From Minisyncoccota bacterium (lineage in GTDB: Bacteria; Patescibacteriota; Minisyncoccia; Phycocordibacterales; BOKC01), in the NCBI GenBank assembly GCA_030583745.1, contig CP129473.1:552211-616210 (forward strand): a stretch of DNA of 64,000 nucleotides, read 5' to 3'. The number at the start of each line of letters is the position of its first letter. Within the stretch, counting starts at the first letter, position 1. A model generated the notes under the pieces. It did no database searches. It was not told the DNA's origin and saw only the letters and a list, made by a program, of their open reading frames with translations. Below are positions 59,181-64,000 of this stretch, piece by piece. Position numbers and translations under genes: made by a program.

Positions 59181-59573
59181 ATGAAAACCGTTTCAGCAAA
59201 ACTGAATATGTTGAGGCAGTCGCCGAGAAAAGTCCGATTGGCGGCGGATGCAATTCGCGGCAAGGCGGTTAATGATGCCTTGGTGGCTTTAAGTTTTTTA
59301 AATAAAAGCGCCGCTTCACCGATTAAAAAACTTGTTCAATCAGCCGCGGCTAATGCCAAAGGACTTGGACTTGACCCAGATCAGCTAAAAGTCAAAAAAA
59401 TTTCAGTGGATGCAGGAACGATATTATACCGACGCCGGTTTCGCGCCCGAGGACGAGTTATGCCGGTTCGCAAAAGAACCAGCCATATTTCTTTAGTTTT
59501 GGAAGAAAAACCGATGAAAAAAGATGGCGCGGAAATTATAAGTAGTAAAAAATCCAAGCCAAACAAAAAATAA
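59181..59573 (+). CDS. rplV: 50S ribosomal protein L22
   Basis: ...RQSPRKVRLAADAIRGK... Confidence 0.9.
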   Translation: MKTVSAKLNMLRQSPRKVRLAADAIRGKAVNDALVALSFLNKSAASPIKKLVQSAAANAKGLGLDPDQLKVKKISVDAGTILYRRRFRARGRVMPVRKRTSHISLVLEEKPMKKDGAEIISSKKSKPNKK

Positions 59574-59577
59574 ATTT

Positions 59578-60255
59578 ATGCCGCACAATGTTCATCCTTA
59601 TGCTCATAGAATTGGAATTTTAAGAGGTTGGAAGTCTCAATGGTTTGGCTTGAAGCAGAAATATACCGATTCTTTAAGAAGCGACCTTCTGATTAGAGAC
59701 TTTCTAAAGAAAAGGTTGAAAGGATTTTATATTGCGAACGTTATAATTGAAAGAAATCAAAAAATTTTGAAAGTCGTTATCGAGACTTCAAGACCGGGCT
59801 TAATTATAGGCCGGAGTGGAGAAGGTGCCGCTAAACTGAAAGAAGAATTGGTCAAGAAGATTAGAAAGGCCGGTTTTTCTTCGGAAGCGCAGGAGTTAAA
59901 GATCGATATTAAAGAAGTGAAATCTCCAGAATCAAACGCCGCTATTGTCAGTCAAATGATCGCTGAAGGTTTGGAGAAAAGAATGCCTTTTCGTCGAGTA
60001 ATAAAGCAGACCCTGGACAAAGTAATGGCTAATCGAGATGTAATTGGTGCAAAGATTCAGCTTTCAGGCCGTTTAGGTGGCGCAACAATGTCCAGAAAGG
60101 AGAGCAAAAAAGCCGGTAGAATTCCTCTTCAGACTTTTCGCGCTGATGTTGATTTTGCGAGACAAGAAGCCGTGTTGCCTTACGGTAACTTGGGAATAAA
60201 AGTCTGGATTTACAGAGGAGATATCTTTGAGGAGAAAGGTGCAAAAAGTAATTAG
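59578..60255 (+). CDS. rpsC: 30S ribosomal protein S3
   Basis: KH domain plus S3 C-terminal domain (...GAKIQLSGRLGGA...). Confidence 0.95.
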   Translation: MPHNVHPYAHRIGILRGWKSQWFGLKQKYTDSLRSDLLIRDFLKKRLKGFYIANVIIERNQKILKVVIETSRPGLIIGRSGEGAAKLKEELVKKIRKAGFSSEAQELKIDIKEVKSPESNAAIVSQMIAEGLEKRMPFRRVIKQTLDKVMANRDVIGAKIQLSGRLGGATMSRKESKKAGRIPLQTFRADVDFARQEAVLPYGNLGIKVWIYRGDIFEEKGAKSN

Positions 60256-60339
60256 CCCAATGTAGTTTTGAGATACCATTACACAGAATTTATTTAGAGC
60301 AACTGTTTCCAATAGAGTAATAAAAATAATTTAAAAATC

Positions 60340-60759
60340 ATGCTGTTCCCAAAGAAAGTAAAATACAGAAAGTGGCACACTTTTCGAGAAAATCCTAAAA
60401 AAGTAAAAATTGCCACTCGCGGAACGGAAGTCTCTTTCGGCTCTTTCGGTCTGAAAGCGACAACCACATCTCGCATCAGGTCTAATCAAATAGAATCAGC
60501 CAGAAAAACAATCTCTCGAGCTATCGGCAAGACCGGAAAAATGTGGATTCGTATTTTTCCTGACATGCCCTTCACCTCTAAACCGGCTGAAGTTAAGATG
60601 GGTAAGGGTAAGGGAGACATTCAAGGATATCAGGTCCAAATAAGGCCCGGACGAATTCTTTTCGAGGTTGATGGAGTTTCTGCTGAAGTTGCGGCTGAAG
60701 CTTTGCGTAAGGGTGGTACGAAATTACCAGTCAAAACTAAAGTGGTCAGCCGTTTGTAA
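60340..60759 (+). CDS. rplP: 50S ribosomal protein L16
   Basis: MLFPKKVKYRKWH... Confidence 0.95.
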   Translation: MLFPKKVKYRKWHTFRENPKKVKIATRGTEVSFGSFGLKATTTSRIRSNQIESARKTISRAIGKTGKMWIRIFPDMPFTSKPAEVKMGKGKGDIQGYQVQIRPGRILFEVDGVSAEVAAEALRKGGTKLPVKTKVVSRL

Positions 60760-60763
60760 TTTT

Positions 60764-60952
60764 ATGGCGTTTAAACAAGACACAAAAGAATTAATAAAAA
60801 TGTTGGCGGAGAAAAAAGAAGCTTTGAGAAATTTTCGCTTTAACATCGCCGGAGGAAAAATCAGAAATACCAAAGAAGGTCGGGACTTGAGGAAAGAGAT
60901 TGCCAGAATTCTTACGGAGTTGCACCAAAGAGAGATTAATGTTAAGAAATAG
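60764..60952 (+). CDS. rpmC: 50S ribosomal protein L29
   Basis: MAFKQDTKELIKMLAEKKEALRNFRFN...; start taken at the internal ATG 60764 of the longer ORF track entry. Confidence 0.85.
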   Translation: MAFKQDTKELIKMLAEKKEALRNFRFNIAGGKIRNTKEGRDLRKEIARILTELHQREINVKK

Positions 60953-61200
60953 TGCTTATGGATCAAGAGAAAACAACAAAAAGGAAAGTCTTGTCTGGGG
61001 TTGTGGTTTCAGACAAAATGAAAGACACAATCGTTGTTAAAGTTCAGCGTTTTGTTAAACATCCTAAATTTGGTAAATACGTTAAGATAAACAAGAAGTT
61101 TAAAGCCCACGATGCTGGTAATAGTAAAAAAATTGGAGACAAGGTTTCAATTGAAGAATGCCGTCCAATTAGTAAAGACAAGCATTTCAAAGTAATTTAA
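60952..61200 (+). CDS. rpsQ: 30S ribosomal protein S17
   Basis: ...KVLSGVVVSDKMKDTIVVKVQRFVKHPKFGKY... Confidence 0.9.
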   Translation: MLMDQEKTTKRKVLSGVVVSDKMKDTIVVKVQRFVKHPKFGKYVKINKKFKAHDAGNSKKIGDKVSIEECRPISKDKHFKVI

Positions 61201-61259
61201 GTTCTGTCGTTTAAAACCACTGGTTTCAAATCATAGAATCCGAAATTTAAAATTAAAAC

Positions 61260-61631
61260 ATGCTTCAACCTCGTTCAATCGTAAATATCACCGACAATTC
61301 CGGCGCCAAAATCGGCCGAGTTTTTAAGATTTTAGGTGGTTCTAAAAGAAGATATGCGCAGATTGGAGATGTTTTGGTTTTATCAGTTCAGAAAGCCGAA
61401 CCAAGAAAGGCGGTCAAGAAAAAGGATGTTTTGAGAGCAGTGGTTGTTAGGCAGAAGAAACCTTATCGACGCTCTGATGGGTCATATGTGCGTTTTGACG
61501 ATAATGCAGTAGTTATTTTAGAGAAAGAGAAGAATGAGCCAATTGCCGGACGCGTATTCGGTCCGATTCCAAGAGAGATAGGTGAAAGAGGATTTCAAAA
61601 GATTGTTTCTTTGGCACCGGAAATCGTATAA
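61260..61631 (+). CDS. rplN: 50S ribosomal protein L14
   Basis: MLQPRSIVNITDNSGAK... Confidence 0.95.
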   Translation: MLQPRSIVNITDNSGAKIGRVFKILGGSKRRYAQIGDVLVLSVQKAEPRKAVKKKDVLRAVVVRQKKPYRRSDGSYVRFDDNAVVILEKEKNEPIAGRVFGPIPREIGERGFQKIVSLAPEIV

Positions 61632-61657
61632 CACAAGTTGCCAAGAATATTTGTAAT

Positions 61658-61966
61658 ATGAAAATAAAAAAAGGAGACACAGTAAAAATAATTGCCGGAA
61701 AAGATAAAGGAAAATCGGGAAAAGTTGAAAGGGTTTTAACCGACAACAATAAAGTAATTATCCCGGGCCTTAACTTGTTTAAGTCGCACCAAAGACCAAA
61801 AAAACAAGGTCAAAAAGGGCAGATGGTTGATAAAAGTATGCCAATTCATATTTCCAATGTTATGTTTGTGGATCCTAAAAGCCAGAAACCTACAAGAATC
61901 GGAAAACGTTCAGAAAATGGCCGAATGAAAAGATATGCCAAAAAAAGCGGGCAATTAATTGATTAG
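61658..61966 (+). CDS. rplX: 50S ribosomal protein L24
   Basis: MKIKKGDTVKIIAGKDKGKSGKV... Confidence 0.9.
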   Translation: MKIKKGDTVKIIAGKDKGKSGKVERVLTDNNKVIIPGLNLFKSHQRPKKQGQKGQMVDKSMPIHISNVMFVDPKSQKPTRIGKRSENGRMKRYAKKSGQLID

Positions 61967-61976
61967 TTAAAAGATT

Positions 61977-62510
61977 ATGACTCAAATTGCGCAAAAATTG
62001 GAAAAGACCTTTGAAGCTTTGAAGCCAGCTATGGGCTATCAAGGCCAGATGCAAGCGCCTCGGTTAGAGAAGGTGGTTTTGAGTGTCGGCGTTGGATCTG
62101 TAAAAGACAAGAAGAAGCTTGAGGTTATTGAAGATCGATTAGCAAAAATAACTGGTCAAAAACCATCTCCTAGACCAGCAAAGATTTCTATAGCTAATTT
62201 TAAATCAAGACAAGGTGAAATTGTTGGTTACCAGATTACTTTAAGGGGTAAGAGAATGATAGATTTTTTGGAGAGATTTATCAGAATAGCCCTGCCTCGC
62301 TCCAAAGATTTCAAAGGTATTTCCTCTGATTTTCTTGACGATATAGGCAATTTGACTATCGGCATTAAAGAACACACCATTTTTCCTGAAACTTCTGATG
62401 AAGATATAAAGGATGTTTTTGGTTTGGCAGTGACGATTGTAACTACAGCCAAAAATAAGCCAGAAGCCGAAGCGTTTTTCAGACACCTCGGTTTACCTTT
62501 TAAAAAATAG
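61977..62510 (+). CDS. rplE: 50S ribosomal protein L5
   Basis: ...GYQITLRGKRMIDFLERFI... Confidence 0.95.
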   Translation: MTQIAQKLEKTFEALKPAMGYQGQMQAPRLEKVVLSVGVGSVKDKKKLEVIEDRLAKITGQKPSPRPAKISIANFKSRQGEIVGYQITLRGKRMIDFLERFIRIALPRSKDFKGISSDFLDDIGNLTIGIKEHTIFPETSDEDIKDVFGLAVTIVTTAKNKPEAEAFFRHLGLPFKK

Positions 62511-62596
62511 GGATTGGGGTATAGCCAATAGTTCGGGTTTGTTGATTTATCAAATTGAGAATTTTTGATTTCGCATCATTCTGCGCAAAATTTTTA

Positions 62597-62624
62597 TTGA
62601 CAAATAAATTAGTTATGATAGAAT
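62597..62624 (+). promoter_or_regulatory. sigma70-like promoter TTGACA-N16-TAGAAT immediately downstream of rplE
   Basis: tattTTGACAaataaattagttatgaTAGAATag. Confidence 0.55.
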
Positions 62625-62660
62625 AGAAAAGGATGTTATTTTACATTGTCGTTGCAAACG

Positions 62661-62770
62661 GGCAGGAAAATGTGTCTTAAGGACTCATTTTCCTGCCTGT
62701 GTTGGGCTGGATTTCCCGAAAGTGTCGACGGGCCAAGGGGAACTTGGAAAATCGACACAAGTATCTTCGC
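62661..62770 (+). promoter_or_regulatory. structured 5' leader: perfect 12-bp stem hairpin plus a second nested hairpin, upstream of the GC-rich gene
   Basis: GGCAGGAAAATG-tgtcttaaggact-CATTTTCCTGCC; then GTGTCGAC...(CCAAGG-ggaa-CTTGG)...TCGACAC. Confidence 0.5.
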
Positions 62771-62795
62771 CTCCAGGTGAGGCAAGGAGAAAGTC

Positions 62796-63245
62796 ATGAG
62801 GTATCTCAGTGAGAAGCGTCGTCAGCGGTTCGCCCGGGAATTTCCGGGGTTGGATCAGATCCCCGGTTTCAAATGGGCGTCGATCAAGAAGTTCGACGTC
62901 CAGCGTGTCAGTCCGTTCCTTCTTCAGGGAGGAGGGATTATCATGGATGATCACAGAACGGTCTTCTACGTTGTCTACAATGGAGCGATGACGCGCCTGG
63001 ATGCCAATGTGATCTTCGATCCTTCCTCTGATCGGCGGCCGAGCATTTACGTGCGGTCTAATGGAGAGCAGATTTTTCAGATCAGTTCCAGACCGCCAGA
63101 CTTCATCGTTGAGATCCGCAGCGAATGGGATTCCCACGGTAATTCCATTGATGTCTGCATTATCTACAAGGCCGACAAGTTCGACTGGGATGGATACTTC
63201 AAGCGTTTCGAGCCTGGACCGGAGAAGTTCGAGCAGTTCGTCTGA
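62796..63245 (+). CDS. hypothetical 149-aa protein, GC-rich (~54%), no recognisable family
   Basis: Ribosome-binding site AAGGAG-6nt-ATG; uninterrupted ORF; followed by an intrinsic terminator; enterobacterial-style codon choices (CGT, CGG, CTG, CCG). Confidence 0.6.
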   Translation: MRYLSEKRRQRFAREFPGLDQIPGFKWASIKKFDVQRVSPFLLQGGGIIMDDHRTVFYVVYNGAMTRLDANVIFDPSSDRRPSIYVRSNGEQIFQISSRPPDFIVEIRSEWDSHGNSIDVCIIYKADKFDWDGYFKRFEPGPEKFEQFV

Positions 63246-63294
63246 TGACAGCCAGCAACGGCAAAACGTTCTCGATTGACGTCTAAACAATCGA

Positions 63295-63326
63295 AGCCCC
63301 GACCATCTGGCCGGGGTTTTCTTTTG
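63295..63326 (+). terminator. rho-independent terminator
   Basis: AGCCCCGACC-atctg-GCCGGGGTT followed by a T-tract. Confidence 0.65.
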
Positions 63327-63407
63327 TATTTTCCTAAACCCTACACCCCAAACCCTAAACCTCACTGGCTATACCCCAGACCCTATACCCTAATTTAAGA
63401 CCTACGG

Positions 63408-63489
63408 CAAGGTTAAACCTCCCAGAGAAAATACTGCTTAACAAAGCGATATTTTTCTTACACCTAATTGTCAAGGTTTAACCTTGACA
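63408..63489. promoter_or_regulatory. two operator-like palindromes (AGGTTAAACCT at 63410..63420; TGTCAAGGTT-T-AACCTTGACA at 63469..63489) upstream of the terminal membrane-protein gene
   Basis: Perfect 21-nt palindrome and a related 11-nt palindrome ~60 nt apart; a TTGACA -35 box at 63511..63516 follows. Confidence 0.5.
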
Positions 63490-63650
63490 GTGCTTACGCC
63501 TTTATTTTTCTTGACATTGCAATTAAATTGTACTATCCTTAAAAAGGATACGGAAAAACATGTGGTTTTCCGACAAAGTTTGTCATCCGGTTTGCCTAGC
63601 TCCATGTAGGAGTTAGCGCTGAAATAGTCAAGAGACAAAAGGAGATAAAG

Positions 63651-64000
63651 ATGAAGAATCTGTGGATTTGTACGACCAGGATCTTTCTGTTTCAGATCTT
63701 GGTTGGTGGAGTGACGTTCGGTATGACCGGCGATGTTGCACTTGCGGCTACCGCGGTCATCATCATGACCGCCGCCGCGGTCATTGTCACCGCCCTCTCT
63801 GCAATCTCCACAACCGCCACCTACGCTGATCTTTTAACCACTCTTGCCGCTCTCATCGCCGCCTTCGCTGCCCATGCCGCTCTCATCGCCGCTTTCGCCT
63901 TCATCGAACTCGCCGCCTTCGTCATCGCCGCCCTCGTCTTCGTCATCGCCAAAAACGCGAGGGAAAACGGAGCCAAGGAGCCGTTCTGGGCTCTGTGGCT
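63651..64000 (+). CDS. GC-rich hydrophobic (multi-TM, Ala/Ile/Thr-rich) membrane protein, 5' part only; runs off the window end
   Basis: Manual translation from ATG 63651 gives MKNLWICTTRIFLFQILVGGVTFGMTGDVALAATAVIIMTAAAVIVTALSAISTTATYADLLTTLAALIAAFAAHAALIAAFAFIELAAFVIAALVFVIAKNARENG...; ribosome-binding site AAAGGAG-7nt-ATG. Absent from the ORF track because it is incomplete. Confidence 0.55.
   Translation, partial: MKNLWICTTRIFLFQILVGGVTFGMTGDVALAATAVIIMTAAAVIVTALSAISTTATYADLLTTLAALIAAFAAHAALIAAFAFIELAAFVIAALVFVIAKNARENGAKEPFWALW

Noticed and set aside
62685-63365. 226-aa minus-strand ORF and small plus-strand ORFs 62809..62991 and 63061..63279
   Set aside because: These are antisense or alternate-frame shadows of the GC-rich plus-strand gene 62796..63245, which has the ribosome-binding site and the terminator.

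Overview
This is a low-GC (~38%) bacterial window, gene-dense, with small proteins and no 16S/23S rRNA; by inference it looks like Patescibacteria/CPR. The 3' quarter holds a long, collinear translation-apparatus cluster: rpsL-rpsG-fusA-tuf-rpsJ-rplC-rplD-rplW-rplB-rpsS-rplV-rpsC-rplP-rpmC-rpsQ-rplN-rplX-rplE. It stops abruptly after rplE.

Housekeeping genes recognised elsewhere: pnp, clpP, rny, hup, rsmE, cca, xth, rpsO, tig, ppa, nusA, tpiA, pgk, recJ, rnhA, a SOD, rpmB, and an M50 protease.

There are two separate type-IV-pilus/T2SS-like clusters. Each has a GspE/PilB ATPase, a PilC/GspF platform protein and prepilin-motif proteins. A stand-alone major-pilin-like gene and a split ComEC (channel domain on the minus strand, metallo-beta-lactamase domain on the plus strand) are also present.

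Four tRNAs are called: Gly-UCC, Pro-UGG, Gly-GCC and Arg-UCG. None encodes the terminal A of CCA, and a CCA-adding enzyme gene sits next to them.

The most unusual signals:
- Dispersed ~55% GC islands, each built as a near-consensus sigma70 promoter (TTGACA, 16-17 nt spacer, -10), a structured leader, an AGGAG ribosome-binding site and a hairpin terminator. Three carry small proteins of no recognisable family. One carries an OsmB-like glycine-zipper lipoprotein. One interrupts the ribosomal-protein operon after rplE, with operator-like palindromes in front of a membrane protein that is cut by the window edge.
- At least four GC-rich non-coding cassettes (promoter + structured region + terminator) that I could not match to tmRNA, RNase P or SRP motifs.
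- A 3x perfect 735-bp tandem repeat inside a 1185-aa M23-peptidase/beta-helix secreted protein.
- A 3x 148-bp tandem array whose units each begin with the last 20 nt of the adjacent tRNA-Gly.
- A ~165-bp TIR-bearing MITE-like insertion at the tpiA start, flanked by a 30-bp duplication.
- A short plus-oriented intergenic motif family (CTAGGCGCTAGG / CCTAAACC).

No CRISPR array and no rRNA were seen.
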